Assembly (NCBI GenBank): GCA_965243135.1 | Contig: OZ251539.1 | Coordinates: forward strand, 4,256,001-4,320,000 | Direction of reading: 5' to 3' | Source: Alphaproteobacteria bacterium | GTDB taxonomy: Bacteria > Pseudomonadota > Alphaproteobacteria > MPNO01 > UBA830 | Length of the DNA: 64,000 nt | In this document: positions 20,575-31,924 of the stretch, piece by piece | How the letters are laid out: each line of letters starts with the position of its first letter | Numbering within the stretch: the first letter of the stretch is position 1 | Notes under the pieces: generated by a model | Told to the model about the DNA's origin: nothing | Databases searched by the model: none | Seen by the model: the letters and a program-made list of their open reading frames with translations, nothing else | Position numbers and translations under genes: made by a program

Positions 20575-21389
20575 CAGTCGTCCTTGACGACGGAAATGTC
20601 GGGCGCGTCGACCGCTTTCATGCCGACGACATGATAGCCGCAATCGACGTGATGCACTTCTCCCGTGACGCCGGCGGAAAGGTCGGAGAGCAGATACAGG
20701 GCCGAGCCTCCGACGTCGTCGATGTTGACGTTGCGTTTCAGCGGAGCGTTGTACGCGTTCCATTTCAGGATGTAGCGGAAATCGCCGATGCCCGAAGCCG
20801 CCAGCGTCCTGATCGGTCCGGCCGAAATCGCGTTCACGCGAATGCCGCTTCCTCCCAGATCGACCGCCAGATACCTGACGCTCGCTTCGAGCGCCGCCTT
20901 GGCGACCCCCATCACGTTGTAATGCGGCATTACCCGCTCGGCGCCGGCATAGGTCAGCGTGAGCAGGCCGCCGCCGTTCTCCATCAGCGGCTCCGCCCTG
21001 CGGCACACGGCCGTGAAGGAGTAACAGGAGACGTTCAGGGTCCGCGCGAAATTTTCCGGGCTCGTGTCCAGATAGCGGCCCTTCAACTCCTCCCTGTCGG
21101 AGAAGGCGACGGCGTGAACCACGAAATCGAGCCGGCCCCATTCGCCGGCGAGCCGCTCGAAGACGGCGTCGACGCTCGCCTCGTCGGTCACGTCGCAAGG
21201 CAGGACGAGTTCCGATCCCAGCGACTCCGCCAGCGGGCGAACGCGCTTTTCCAGCGCCTCGCCCTGGTGCGTGAAAGCGAGGGCCGCGCCCTGTCCGGCC
21301 AAAGCCTTGCTGATCCCCCAGGCGAGCGAACGGTCGTTCGCGACGCCCATGACGAGGCCGCGCTTTCCGTGCATCAGGGCGTCCGTCAT
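20574..21389 (-). CDS. fabI: Enoyl-ACP reductase
   Basis: [34 protein letters not shown]. Confidence 0.95.
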   Translation of the reverse strand: MTDALMHGKRGLVMGVANDRSLAWGISKALAGQGAALAFTHQGEALEKRVRPLAESLGSELVLPCDVTDEASVDAVFERLAGEWGRLDFVVHAVAFSDREELKGRYLDTSPENFARTLNVSCYSFTAVCRRAEPLMENGGGLLTLTYAGAERVMPHYNVMGVAKAALEASVRYLAVDLGGSGIRVNAISAGPIRTLAASGIGDFRYILKWNAYNAPLKRNVNIDDVGGSALYLLSDLSAGVTGEVHHVDCGYHVVGMKAVDAPDISVVKDD

Positions 21390-21480
21390 TGCCGCCTCGT
21401 CTTTGCGGAGCCGCCGCCGCCCGGCCCGCAAACCCTGCGGGCCGGGAACCGGTCGTTCGCGCCGGCGAACCGCCGCCGCG

Positions 21481-21957
21481 CTATCCGACGATCTTCCAGG
21501 TGCCGTCCGGCTGTCTGCAGGCGGTGCCGTAGGCCTGCTCGGTCTTGCCGCCCACGGTTATGGTCTGCTGGTATTCGCGGCAATACTGCCCGGACGCCCG
21601 CTGGAAGGTCTTCCGCGGGGTAACCGTGCCGCTGTTGCCGCTGTCCGGATTCTTCCAGCTGGAAGTCTGCCCCGTTTCGGCCTTTTCCAGAGCCTTCTGC
21701 GTCGTCCGACTCATCGCCAGCCTGTCGGCCCTGTCCAGCGACTTGCCCACCTCGCTGCCCAGCCAAGCGCCGGCAAGCGTTCCGAGCGCCGTGGCGACCA
21801 GCTTGCCCCGGCCCTTGCCGGCCTGGGCGCCCAGCACGCCGCCGGCCGCCGCTCCGATAAGCGTGCCTCCGAGTTGCTTCGGTCCCTGACCCTGGCAGCC
21901 CGCCACCGCGATCGAAGCGACCGCCAGCAGCGGAATGAGTATTTTCCCGTGTTTCAT
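21481..21957 (-). CDS. 17 kDa surface antigen-type glycine-zipper lipoprotein
   Basis: Lipobox VAGC, glycine zipper, WKNPDSG, CREYQQT...ACRQPDGTW. Confidence 0.85.
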   Translation of the reverse strand: MKHGKILIPLLAVASIAVAGCQGQGPKQLGGTLIGAAAGGVLGAQAGKGRGKLVATALGTLAGAWLGSEVGKSLDRADRLAMSRTTQKALEKAETGQTSSWKNPDSGNSGTVTPRKTFQRASGQYCREYQQTITVGGKTEQAYGTACRQPDGTWKIVG

Positions 21958-22083
21958 GTCAAGCCCTTTCGACCGCGAGCCCTTGCAGATTCCACTTGCA
22001 ATCGTTGCTCGCCACGCCGTTCCGTCTATCATGTCGACGGAAGGATGTCATCATCCGTATCGCAGCGGCCGTTCGGGCGGGAT

Positions 22084-22677
22084 ATGGCGGAAAAGAGCGC
22101 GGACGATCCGATCGGGAAGTTCCGATCCTGGCTCGAAGAAGCGGGCCGGTCCGAACTTGGCGACGCCACGGCGATGACCCTCGCCACCGCGGACGAGACG
22201 GGACGTCCGTCGGCGCGCATGGTGCTGCTCAAGGAAGCGGACGTCGACGGCTTCGTATTCTACACCAACGCCGAAAGCCGAAAGGCGCGGGAACTCGACG
22301 CGAATCCCCGCGCGTCGCTCGTGTTCCACTGGAAATCGCTGCGGCGGCAGATCCTGATCGACGGCCGGGTGCGCAAGGTGCCGAACGCGGAAGCGGACGC
22401 CTATTTCGCCACGCGGCCGCGCGGCAGCCAGATCGGCGCCTGGGCGTCCGATCAGTCCCGCCCTCTCGAAGGCCGCTTCGAACTCGAAAAACGGGTGGCG
22501 AAATTCGCCGCGAGGTTCGGCGTCGGCGACGTGCCGCGGCCGCCGTATTGGACAGGTTACCGGCTTGCGCCCGACCGCATCGAATTCTGGCGCGACAAGC
22601 CGTTCCGGCTTCACGAAAGAATCGTCTACACCCGCGCCGGCGCCGGCGGATGGGAAATCGGACGCCTGTACCCGTGA
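22084..22677 (+). CDS. pdxH: Pyridoxamine 5'-phosphate oxidase
   Basis: [37 protein letters not shown]...RLHER. Confidence 0.95.
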   Translation: MAEKSADDPIGKFRSWLEEAGRSELGDATAMTLATADETGRPSARMVLLKEADVDGFVFYTNAESRKARELDANPRASLVFHWKSLRRQILIDGRVRKVPNAEADAYFATRPRGSQIGAWASDQSRPLEGRFELEKRVAKFAARFGVGDVPRPPYWTGYRLAPDRIEFWRDKPFRLHERIVYTRAGAGGWEIGRLYP

Positions 22678-22760
22678 GCCGCCGCGCTTGAAGCGCCGTC
22701 GTAAAGGCTCCATGATTCCGGCCCGCGGAATCGTCGCGCGGCATGACCGGGAGACAGGAA

Positions 22761-23627
22761 ATGAGCTTCAAGACGATACTTGTCCCGCTGAGCGCGCCCG
22801 AGTCCAGCCGGCCGGTGCTTCAGACCGCGCTGCTGGTCGCCCGCCGCTCGAACGCGCATATCGAAGCGATGCACGTCCGGCCCGACCCTCGCGGCCTCGT
22901 GCCCTACACCGGAGAAGGCATGGACGGTTCCATGATCGAGGAGATCATGGACGTGACCGAACGCGAAGGCGCGCAGCGAGCCGCCCAGACTCGCGAGGCG
23001 TTCGACGATTTCTGCCGCGAGCATTCCCTCGTCGTTTCGGGCGAGCCGACGCCGGATGCCGGCGTCACGATTTCGTGGCGCGCGGAAACCGGCCGCGAGG
23101 ACGAAGCGGTCGGCTTGCGCGGGCGGCTCCACGACTTGATCGTCGTCGGACGGCCGGTCGCCGATTCTCCCGTGCCGTCGCCGATCACGCTCGAGGCGGC
23201 CCTGCACGACACGGGCCGTCCGATTCTCGTCGCGCCTCCCGACGCGCCGGAAAGACTCGGCGAACGCATCGCCATCGCCTGGGAAGCGAGCCCGGAGGCG
23301 GCGCGCACCATAGCGGTCTCGATACAGGCTCTCGCGCAAGCCGAGGCGGTGACGGTTCTGTCGGCGAATATTTCGCCGCCGCTGCCGCTCCGGGCCGACG
23401 AGCTGGTGGACCGGCTGAAATGGCACGGCGTGGACGCAAGAGTGCACGTTTTCGATGCGGCGCTGACCGATCTCGGACGCGCTTTTCTTGCCCAGACCGC
23501 GGCGGTCGGAGCCGACATGCTGGTGAAGGGGGCTTATTCGCAGAGCCGTCTGCGGCAGATGGTGCTGGGGGGCCGCACCCGGCACATCCTGAACCACGCG
23601 ACGATTCCGGTCTTGCTCGCGAAATAG
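22761..23627 (+). CDS. Universal stress protein (tandem Usp domains)
   Basis: FKTILVP, DLIVVG, GAYSQSRLRQMVLGGRTRHIL...PVLL. Confidence 0.85.
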   Translation: MSFKTILVPLSAPESSRPVLQTALLVARRSNAHIEAMHVRPDPRGLVPYTGEGMDGSMIEEIMDVTEREGAQRAAQTREAFDDFCREHSLVVSGEPTPDAGVTISWRAETGREDEAVGLRGRLHDLIVVGRPVADSPVPSPITLEAALHDTGRPILVAPPDAPERLGERIAIAWEASPEAARTIAVSIQALAQAEAVTVLSANISPPLPLRADELVDRLKWHGVDARVHVFDAALTDLGRAFLAQTAAVGADMLVKGAYSQSRLRQMVLGGRTRHILNHATIPVLLAK

Positions 23628-23684
23628 GCTGGAGAACGCCCGGCCGGAACGGCGGGAGGGCGCTTCCCCGAGGCGTACCGCCCG

Positions 23685-24896
23685 TCAGGCCGCCGCCCTG
23701 ATGGAAAGGCGCCGCCAGATGTCCTGCAAGGCCTCCACGAGACGCGCGATATCGTCGTCGCCGTGCAGCGGCGTCGGCGTCAGGCGCAGCCGCTCGGTCC
23801 CGCGCGGCACCGTCGGGTAGTTGATCGGCTGGACGTAAATGCGGTGCCGCTCCATCAGCTCGTCCGTAACCCGCTTGCAGACGACCGGATCGCCGACGGG
23901 CACCGGAACGATATGCGACTCGGACGGCATGACCGGCAGGCCGGCCTCGCGCAGTTTGCGCTTCAACGTCGCGGCCCGTTCCCGGTGACGGTCCCGCAGG
24001 CCGTCGTCCGTCTTGAGATGGCGGATGGCCGCCAGCGCGCCGGCGGCCACGGCCGGCGGCAGCGCCGTCGTGAAGATGAAGCCCGGCGCGCTGGATCGCA
24101 CGAAGTCGATCAGAGAAGCCGATCCCGCGATATAGCCGCCGATCACGCCGAACGCCTTGGCGAGAGTTCCCTGAATCACCGTCACGCGATCCGCGACGCC
24201 GTCGCGCGCCGCGACGCCCGCTCCCCGCGGCCCGTACATTCCGACCGCATGCACCTCGTCGAGATAGGTCATCGCGCCATGCTCGTCCGCGAGGTCGCAG
24301 ATCGCCGCGATCGGAGCCATGTCGCCGTCCATCGAATAGATCGATTCGAACGCGACCACCTTGGGACGGTCCGGGCCGACCGACGCCAGCTTGCGCTCCA
24401 GATCGTCAAGGTCGTTATGGGCGAAGATCACCTTTTGCGTCATGCTGTTGCGAATGCCGGCGATCATCGACGCATGGTTGTCGGCGTCGGAGATGAGAAC
24501 GCAGCCGGGCAGCTGCGAGCCGAGCGTCGACAAAACGGCCTCGTTCGCCACGTAGCCGGACGTGAAGAGCAGGGCCGCCTGCGTGCCGTGAAGATCGGCG
24601 AGCTCCGCTTCCAGCAAGACGTGATAGTGCGACGTGCCGGAAATGTTGCGCGTTCCTCCGGCACCGGCGCCGACCTTGTCGATCGCGTCCTTCATCGCCG
24701 CCCTGACGGCCGCATGCTGCCCCATGCCGAGATAGTCGTTGGAGCACCATACCGTGACGTCGCCGCCGCCGGTTTCCGAACGGTTGACCGCGCGCGGATA
24801 GGCGCCGACCGTTCGCTCGAGGTCGGCGAAAATCCGGTACCGGCCTTCCGACTTGAGACCGGCGATGCGCTCGGAGAAAAAACGTTCGTAGTCCAT
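23685..24896 (-). CDS. hemA: 5-aminolevulinate synthase
   Basis: [34 protein letters not shown]. Confidence 0.95.
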   Translation of the reverse strand: MDYERFFSERIAGLKSEGRYRIFADLERTVGAYPRAVNRSETGGGDVTVWCSNDYLGMGQHAAVRAAMKDAIDKVGAGAGGTRNISGTSHYHVLLEAELADLHGTQAALLFTSGYVANEAVLSTLGSQLPGCVLISDADNHASMIAGIRNSMTQKVIFAHNDLDDLERKLASVGPDRPKVVAFESIYSMDGDMAPIAAICDLADEHGAMTYLDEVHAVGMYGPRGAGVAARDGVADRVTVIQGTLAKAFGVIGGYIAGSASLIDFVRSSAPGFIFTTALPPAVAAGALAAIRHLKTDDGLRDRHRERAATLKRKLREAGLPVMPSESHIVPVPVGDPVVCKRVTDELMERHRIYVQPINYPTVPRGTERLRLTPTPLHGDDDIARLVEALQDIWRRLSIRAAA

Positions 24897-25001
24897 TCCG
24901 CAGAATCCCGTGGTCGACGCGCCACGAGTCGGCCAAGCGCAAGAATAATGCAACTTCGCCGGATTTGAAACAGGCTCGTTCGGCGGCAGGGGCCGCCGGG
25001 T

Positions 25002-26018
25002 TCAGCCTCCGGTGACGCTCATGTGCCGGGAGACCGAAGGGGACGTCCGGCGCCGGTCGATCACGAAGTCGTGCCCTTTCGGCTTGCGCCCGACGGCTTC
25101 GTCGATCGCCCTGTCCAGGTCGCCCGGCCCGCCGGTCCGCAGAACCGTCCTCAGATCGGCGGCGTCCTCCTGGCCGAGGCACATGTACAGCGTCCCGGTG
25201 CAGGTCAGCCGCACGCGATTGCACGCTTCGCAGAAGTTGTGGGTGAGGGGCGTGATGAAGCCGACCCGGCCGCCGGTTTCCGCAATCCGGAAATAGCGCG
25301 CCGGACCGCCGGTCGAATAACCTGTTTCCTCCAGCGTCCACCGCTTCTTCAGTTCGGCGCGCACCATGGAGACCGGCCAGTACTGGTCGAGCCGCGCCTC
25401 GCCGCCGATCTCGCCGAGCGGCATCACCTCGATGAACGTGAGGTCGAACCCCCGCTCGCCGCACCACGCGACGAGATCGTGCGCCTCGTCGTCGTTGACG
25501 CCCCTGAGCGCCACCGCGTTGATCTTGACGCCAAGCCCCGCCGCCGCCGCCGCGTCCATCCCGCGGAGAACGCGGTCCAGCCTCCCCCACCGCGTGATGC
25601 GCGCGAACTTGCCGGCGTCCAGCGTGTCCAGCGAAACGTTGACCCGGCGCACGCCGGCGTCGAACAACTCCCCGGCGTAGCGGTCGAGCTGGCTGCCGTT
25701 GGTCGTCAACGTCAGTTCGTCCAGAGAGCCGTCGCCGAGATGGCGGCCCAGGCGCCGGAACAGCCGCATGATGTCGCGGCGCACCAGCGGCTCGCCGCCG
25801 GTCAGGCGGAGCTTGCGCACGCCGCGCGCGACGAAGGCGCCGCACAGGCGGTCGAGCTCCTCGAGGCTGAGCACGTCGGCCTTCGGGAGAAACGTCATGT
25901 TCTCCGACATGCAGTACGCGCAACGAAAGTCGCAGCGATCCGTCACCGACACCCGGAGGTAGGTGATGCGCCGGTCGTACGGATCGACGAGAGGTTGCGC
26001 GACAGTTCGTTCTTCCAT
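25002..26018 (-). CDS. moaA: GTP 3',8-cyclase
   Basis: [28 protein letters not shown]-terminal MSVTGG. Confidence 0.95.
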   Translation of the reverse strand: MEERTVAQPLVDPYDRRITYLRVSVTDRCDFRCAYCMSENMTFLPKADVLSLEELDRLCGAFVARGVRKLRLTGGEPLVRRDIMRLFRRLGRHLGDGSLDELTLTTNGSQLDRYAGELFDAGVRRVNVSLDTLDAGKFARITRWGRLDRVLRGMDAAAAAGLGVKINAVALRGVNDDEAHDLVAWCGERGFDLTFIEVMPLGEIGGEARLDQYWPVSMVRAELKKRWTLEETGYSTGGPARYFRIAETGGRVGFITPLTHNFCEACNRVRLTCTGTLYMCLGQEDAADLRTVLRTGGPGDLDRAIDEAVGRKPKGHDFVIDRRRTSPSVSRHMSVTGG

Positions 26019-26299
26019 CGATTTTTCCGGGCGGCTCCACCTTGACTATAGCGCGCCGCGGAACGTTCGAGAAAGAAGCCCGAAACGACGCGTCGTCGAT
26101 CCCTGAACACGCCGAACGACGCTCCGCGGCGTCGCGACCCGCGCGGAAAGGCTTCGACAAACTGCTTCGCCCCGGGCGCCCGCGCACGATCCCCATGAAG
26201 GAACGCTCCGGCCGGCGCGCGGCGCGTCGACGCCAAGACCGGAGACCGGAAGGTTCTCGGCTTCGCCGTTTCCGGCCGCGTTCCCCTCCCGGAATCCGG

Positions 26300-27178
26300 T
26301 CACAAGCCGCGCACGTAGTCGACAATCAGGCGGTTGAACGCTTCCGGGTGCTCCCGGTAGCTGAAATGCCCCGCCTGATTGAACACATGCATTTCGGTTC
26401 GCGGTTCCCGATGCGCGACGATTTCGTACAGGGCGAGGCCCTGGTCGATCGTCGCCGTCGGATCGTCGAGGCCCCAGACGAGCAGATTGGGACGCTGCGT
26501 GCCGCGCGCGGACAGCAGATCGAAGGTATCGGCTTTCTGGCGCGCGAGTTCCGGCTGAAACAGCTTTTCGTCGAGACCCTGCCCGAGCATCTTCGCGACC
26601 GACTCGCGATACTTGGGCAGCGCCGCGATCCGCGTCAGTTCGTCGAGCCAGTCGTCCGTGACGACCTTCGGGTTGTAGGAGTATTTCTCCATCACCCAGC
26701 GCTGGCTATCGCGGCTGAGATAGGGTTGCGGCGTATCCGCGAAAACGATGTGGTTGCGCCCCTGCCCCGGTCCGAGCGTCGCGGTATCGACCATGACGTT
26801 GGATTTGATGCGCGACGGGTCTTCGAGAGTCATGCGGCAAGTCAGGAAAGCGCCGCGGGAATGGCCGACGACGTGGCAGTCCTGCAGATCCAGAACCTCA
26901 AGGAAACGCAGGGCGTGCGCCACCACGCGCGCCATCGTGTAATCGTCGTCGGTCTCGGGATTGTCCGTCCGGCCCTGGCCGATCTTGTCGACGGCGACGA
27001 CCCGGCATTCCTCCGCGAGACCGTCGAAGTTCAGGTTCCAGTCGGCGGCGCAGTCCGCGCCGTGATGCGATCCGAAATTGCCGCCATGGAACAGCACCAC
27101 GACCTCGCCCGATCCCTTGTCGAAATAACGCGTTCCGATGCCGTCGACATCGACGAACTTCGCCTGTGAAAAATCCAT
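26300..27178 (-). CDS. Alpha/beta hydrolase (C-C hydrolase-like), paralog A
   Basis: FHGG, GHSRGA nucleophile elbow, WGLDD, AGHF. Confidence 0.85.
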   Translation of the reverse strand: MDFSQAKFVDVDGIGTRYFDKGSGEVVVLFHGGNFGSHHGADCAADWNLNFDGLAEECRVVAVDKIGQGRTDNPETDDDYTMARVVAHALRFLEVLDLQDCHVVGHSRGAFLTCRMTLEDPSRIKSNVMVDTATLGPGQGRNHIVFADTPQPYLSRDSQRWVMEKYSYNPKVVTDDWLDELTRIAALPKYRESVAKMLGQGLDEKLFQPELARQKADTFDLLSARGTQRPNLLVWGLDDPTATIDQGLALYEIVAHREPRTEMHVFNQAGHFSYREHPEAFNRLIVDYVRGL

Positions 27179-27208
27179 CTTTCCGCTCCCGTCGCTCGCC
27201 GCCGCCGG

Positions 27209-28084
27209 TCACGGCGACCGGATAAAGCTTTTCAGAACTTCGTTGAACCGTTCGGGGCGTTCGCGGAAGCCGAAGTGGCCCGCCCGGCTCAGGATATGCC
27301 ATCGCGCCCGCCGCTCTTTCCCGGCGAGGATGCGGAAGAGTTGCATCGCCTGGTCCAGAGACACGACCGGATCGCGGTCGCCCCAGATTTGCATCACGGG
27401 TCGCTGGATGCCGCGGGTCTCCAGAATTCGGAACGTTTCCTCCTTCCGCGTTTGAAGACCGGGCAGAAACCTCGTCCATTGGTAGCCGTCCACGGTCATC
27501 TTGCGGACAGCCTCGCGATAATCGGGCCGTTCGGCGACCGCGACAAGCGCGTCGATCCACTCCCCGGTCACGCAGCCGGGATCGCAGGATTGCTTCTCCA
27601 GAACCCAGCGCTGGCTTTCCGCGCTCAGCGCAGGCGCCGGCATGTTCGCGAGCACGAATTCGTCGCGTCCGACGCCGGGCGCGCAGGCGCCGCCATCGAC
27701 GATCGTGCAAGTCTTCGCCAGTTCTGGGCGCTCGACGGTCAGACGGCAGGCCAGATAGCCCCCGCCGGAATGGCCGACCAGGTGCGCACCCGCGATTCCG
27801 AGCGCATGCAGCGCGGCGGCGGCGTGCCGGACGACCGCGTCCATCGTGTAGTCGTCGTTCGCTGGATTGCCGGTATGTCCCTGCCCCAGCCTGTCGACGG
27901 CGAAGACCCGAAACCATCGCGCGAGGCCGTCGAAGTTCAGATCCCAGTCGTCGGCGGAGTTCGCGCTGGCCGTAGAGCCGAAATAGCCGCCGTGGAACAG
28001 CACGACGATCTCGCCCGATCCCTTCTCGAAATAGCGGGTGCGGATGCCGTCGACGTCGACGAATTTTTCGCCCGTCATTCCCAT
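27209..28084 (-). CDS. Alpha/beta hydrolase, paralog B
   Basis: FHGG, GHSGGG, WGDRD, AGHF; shares KFVDVDGI and ADWxLNFDGLA-like blocks with paralog A. Confidence 0.85.
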   Translation of the reverse strand: MGMTGEKFVDVDGIRTRYFEKGSGEIVVLFHGGYFGSTASANSADDWDLNFDGLARWFRVFAVDRLGQGHTGNPANDDYTMDAVVRHAAAALHALGIAGAHLVGHSGGGYLACRLTVERPELAKTCTIVDGGACAPGVGRDEFVLANMPAPALSAESQRWVLEKQSCDPGCVTGEWIDALVAVAERPDYREAVRKMTVDGYQWTRFLPGLQTRKEETFRILETRGIQRPVMQIWGDRDPVVSLDQAMQLFRILAGKERRARWHILSRAGHFGFRERPERFNEVLKSFIRSP

Positions 28085-28339
28085 GCTGCCTTCCTCCTCT
28101 CGTTCGGGTTTCCCGACCATCGGCCAATGCCCGGCGCGCCTTCGCCGGGAATCGAGGACGTTGCGCCGCGTCGCCGGACAGTTCCAGGCCGAGAACGGTC
28201 ATGAATACGCAAGCCCGGGAAAGAGCGCGAGCCATCGCGACACGGCGTTCGCGCCTGTCGGCAAGCGCGCTGCCCCCGGGTCAGGATCTCGGGCGGCCTG
28301 TCGCGGCCAAGGAAGCTTAGGCTCGATCCGAAACCGACG

Positions 28340-28640
28340 TCAATCGTCCCCGAGATCGGAACAACCGTTGCCGCGACAGCCGGCGAGATCCGCGCGCTGA
28401 AGGCGATGCCGCTCGGAATTTCCCGCCCAACATGGTTTGCGCCGAAAAGAATTTTCCCGAGAAGCAGCCGGGCGGCACGGCACCGCGACCAGATCCTGCT
28501 CGCTGGAGTCGCAGGGGCCGGTGCGAAGACGCCGGCGACGATCAGCGTCAGGACAATCGCCCCGCCGGCCGGAGATTGAGCCACCGGCGGCAGCGCTTTC
28601 CGCGGCCATTGCGGAAACAGCGCTTGCCCCGAGGTGGTTG
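28340..28640 (-). pseudogene. Eroded DppC/OppC-type ABC permease N-terminal fragment
   Basis: GAIVLTLIVAGVFAP, EQDLVAV (other frame), FGANHVGREIPSGIAFSARISPAVA; compare the LGTDxxGRDxxSRxxYGARISL consensus. Confidence 0.45.
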
Positions 28641-29046
28641 CCTGCCTGCGCGACAGCGATCTACTGACCTGAATCTGGTACAGGCCCTCCGGCGGACAGC
28701 CCAAGGCCACCAACGCCCCGCGGGTTCGGGAAGCGCGGCGACAAATCCCGTCCCGCTTTCCAGAACGAATTTGTCCGTCATCTTCATGTACGAGAACGAA
28801 CGGCAGGAGCGCCTCTTTTCCCGGCTTGCACATGATTTGAAACATCACCGCGCCGTCCGAAGCCCTGGAATTCCAGATGATCCAAAATATGCTCAGCCAT
28901 CTTGAGGTCTCCTTTCGGTGATTACATAATCTTGCGAAGCAGTTATCCTTGGGTTGAGGCCTCTCCGCGATCGTTTCGGCCAGTGTGTCGACGGGAGCGG
29001 CGATGTCCGGAGAAAGCTGGCCGCCGCGCGAACGAAGGGACAGGAT

Positions 29047-29401
29047 ATGGGAGCAACGCACGTCACGGCACTGATCCGCAATCCGGCAGAGCCGGACAGA
29101 TGCTGGGAAGGGCTTTTCCTGGTCGATACAGGCGCAACGGATTCTCTCGTGCCCAAGCCGCATCTGGAAGCCATCGGGCTCGAACCCAGGGGCCGTCGGG
29201 TTTACGAACTGGCCGACGGCAGCGAGATCGCGATGGACATCACGGTGGGGGAAATCGAGTTCATGGGAGAGACGGTCGGCGGGACGATCCTGTTCGGCGC
29301 GGACGATGCCGAGCCCTTGCTGGGAGTAACGGCGCTGGAATCCGTGGGCATCGACCCGCTCAGCCAGAGATTGAAGCGGCGGCCCGCCGTGCGGCTCAAA
29401 G
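29047..29401 (+). CDS. Clan AA aspartic protease; last codons displaced by the IS (reads through to 29592)
   Basis: LVDTGA, PLLGVTALE; native tail KGLSAAR* lies after the IS at 31051-31079. Confidence 0.85.
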
Positions 29402-31050
29402 CAGAAATTCCCGCTAAGGTGGCCGCCCTTTGCGAAAGGCGCGTCGAGATAGCGTCGTTACCGAGGGACCAGCCGCCGCGACGCACCTTCCCCGCTTCGG
29501 CTTGGTGCCGACTTAGCCTTGACCATCCTGTTTCCCCTGAAAAACTTGCTTTAGCACATTCGGTCACGGTGCCAGGTCAGGAGGTGTCGTAGGGAATTCC
29601 CTCTGCTTTCCGGTATCCAAACGCGATCATTCGGTAGAGTGTTTCCCAGTCCTTCAAGAAGTATTCGAGAAACAATCCCCGCGCCTTTTCCCAGAAGTAA
29701 ATGGGCCGCTTGGCCTTCGTTTGCGCCTGTTGGAACAGTTTGCAACATCGCTGTTGAATCTGGTCAATCAGGAACGCCAGCATCATCAGGAACGCAAAGA
29801 CCGTCGACAGATTCTTGTTACCGTGACCGAAGTTGTGCTCAAAGCAGTAGCCTTGGTTCTTCAGGGTGTTGAAAGTTTCGTTCTCGATCTTCCAGCGCGC
29901 CCGCCCGGTGCGCATCAACTCCATCAGGTTCCCTTCGTCAATTGGCAGATCCGTGACCCAGGAGAAACGTTGTTTCTTGCCGTTTGGGAGCTTCTCCCAG
30001 TATTCGAGAAAGTTCACTTTGAGGTCGAAGTGCGTATCGTTCAGAGGCACTCCGTTAAGATACCGGAATTCGTGCCGTATGTTGTCACCGTCCGTGAACT
30101 CCCGGCGCTCCACGGACGGCGCGTTGTTGACCCACTCGAACAGGAACTTGTGGTCGCCGGGCTTCGCCCCCAGTATGAAACGCATGTCTAACTCCTTGAG
30201 AAGATTGGCATGCGGTCCGTTCGAGGCCAGCCCATCTTCCAACACAACCAGCTTCAGGTGCGGGTGTTCGCGACGCACATCTTTCAGAAGCCGTTTCGCT
30301 GCGTTGCGTTCGCAATCGTTCTTTTTTGCGCCGTCTTCCTTCAGGATCGGTTCCGGTGCAAACGGAAAAACCTCCTTTTGTTCCGGATGCACCAGAACGG
30401 CTCCCAACATCTGGTGGTAGTAGGTAATCGTACCGTCGCGGTGGTGTTTCTCGCAGCAATTTTTACAGTGCACCTTGTCCGACGAGAAGTATCCCGTTCC
30501 ATCGATCGAAAGAGCGTAATGCCCGTTCAGACAAGTGTATTCTTCCAATCCCTTGCCTCGTTGCAAAACCTGGAACATCTTCGTGAAACAACGCCGCAAT
30601 TGCCGCGGACAGACTTCGTCAAGCCGTTCGCGCATCGCAGTGTCCGACGGCACGCGCTTGACGCCGTATAAGGTCGCGAGGTTGTGCCGAACCACTTCGT
30701 CGGCGTGCGCGGCCTCGTCGAATTGCAGAAGCGACGCATACTTCATACCGAACACCGCTAGACCCGACATCAGACAGTCCGTCTGGTTCAGCCCCCTGCT
30801 CGCGATCGGATCTTCGATACGGTCGAAACAAGCTCGCACTTCCTTCAGCAATCCCGGAGCGCTGAGCGTCTTGCGCATGCCTGGCATTCTGGCCATTTTG
30901 GTTACAATCCCGCCTCGCCTTCGGACCACTTTCCAGAGAAAAATGCTCCGCTCGAAGGCAAATAGCCCCGAATCACCTCGAAAAGTCCACGAAAGACTTT
31001 TTTCCGGCCCCATATTTTTCAAGGGTTTCGAGCCTTAGCGGGAATTGCTG
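29402..31050 (-). mobile_element. ISNCY-like insertion sequence, 1649 bp
   Basis: TIR CAG(A/C)AATTCCCGCTAAGG (17/18 match); exact 9-bp TSD GGCTCAAAG at 29393-29401 and 31051-31059. Confidence 0.92.
29577..30896 (-). CDS. DDE transposase (ISNCY-like)
   Basis: SIDGTGYFSS, KNDCERNAAKR, EDGL, RARWKIENETFNTLK; lower GC than the flanks. Confidence 0.9.
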   Translation of the reverse strand: MARMPGMRKTLSAPGLLKEVRACFDRIEDPIASRGLNQTDCLMSGLAVFGMKYASLLQFDEAAHADEVVRHNLATLYGVKRVPSDTAMRERLDEVCPRQLRRCFTKMFQVLQRGKGLEEYTCLNGHYALSIDGTGYFSSDKVHCKNCCEKHHRDGTITYYHQMLGAVLVHPEQKEVFPFAPEPILKEDGAKKNDCERNAAKRLLKDVRREHPHLKLVVLEDGLASNGPHANLLKELDMRFILGAKPGDHKFLFEWVNNAPSVERREFTDGDNIRHEFRYLNGVPLNDTHFDLKVNFLEYWEKLPNGKKQRFSWVTDLPIDEGNLMELMRTGRARWKIENETFNTLKNQGYCFEHNFGHGNKNLSTVFAFLMMLAFLIDQIQQRCCKLFQQAQTKAKRPIYFWEKARGLFLEYFLKDWETLYRMIAFGYRKAEGIPYDTS

Positions 31051-31924
31051 GGCTCAAAGGGCTTTCGGCAGCGCGATGAGCAAGCCGCGAAGGAAAGAAC
31101 GCGGCGACGCCCTTCGAGGGGGACCGTGCCGTCGCGCAGGCGAACGCCGCGCCGGTGGACCGGATGAAGCGCGTCGTCGCGCAGAAGGCGAGGATCCCTC
31201 AGCGCCCGCACCATTGCCGACGATCTCAAGACTCTCGGGCCGAAGCGTGGTGCGCCGCCGTTAACGGGCGGCGAGCGCGGCACGGCAGCGACGCGCACGC
31301 TCCGGCACCTTTCAACGCCGCCGCATAGAGCGTTGCGAGCTCCGCGGCGACACTCTCGTCGAGCTGTCGCGACTCGACGATTGGCATTTTTTCGCCAAGA
31401 ACGGAAACCGAATCGAGACATTCTGCTTGGCGAGAGGATGCCGGTCTTCGGCCGGAAACAAATGCGTCACTGACTGCGCGAGGAATAAGCGTTGCGCGTC
31501 TCGGAAGGACCGGCGGCGCCGGCTTGCTTCATCGCGCCGGACGGGATGCCGGAATGGGGCGCGTCGAGACTTGGAAGCGCCGGGATTCACAGCCGTATCC
31601 TGTCCAGAGACCACGACTGGTCCAATGAACGGCGAACTCCACGGCTCGTGGCTTTCATCCACAAAGTGACCGTACTTGCTGGCCGAGGAGTTTTGCTCGA
31701 TCATGGCACGGGAGAGGCACGCTCGATCAGGTGACCCCACAAGGTCGACGGCACCTGTGCAATTTTAGAACCCCGTTACCTTTGCCTCATGCGTCTTGAA
31801 GGTTTCTGTCGCGATATCTTGCACGACACAGTCTTCACGGTAGGCCGGATCTGGCTCAAGGTCGTCGAAGGAAGGTTTTTCGACTGAGCGCGCCTCAAAA
31901 AACCGTCGCTGGACGAGCGAACGC

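Noticed and set aside
28660-28910. RBS plus ATG (MAEHILDHLEFQG...) on the minus strand
   Set aside because: The frame closes early and no family is recognisable
31383-31442. 17-bp imperfect inverted repeat with a 26-nt spacer
   Set aside because: No TSD, U-tract or linked gene; could be chance or an old relic
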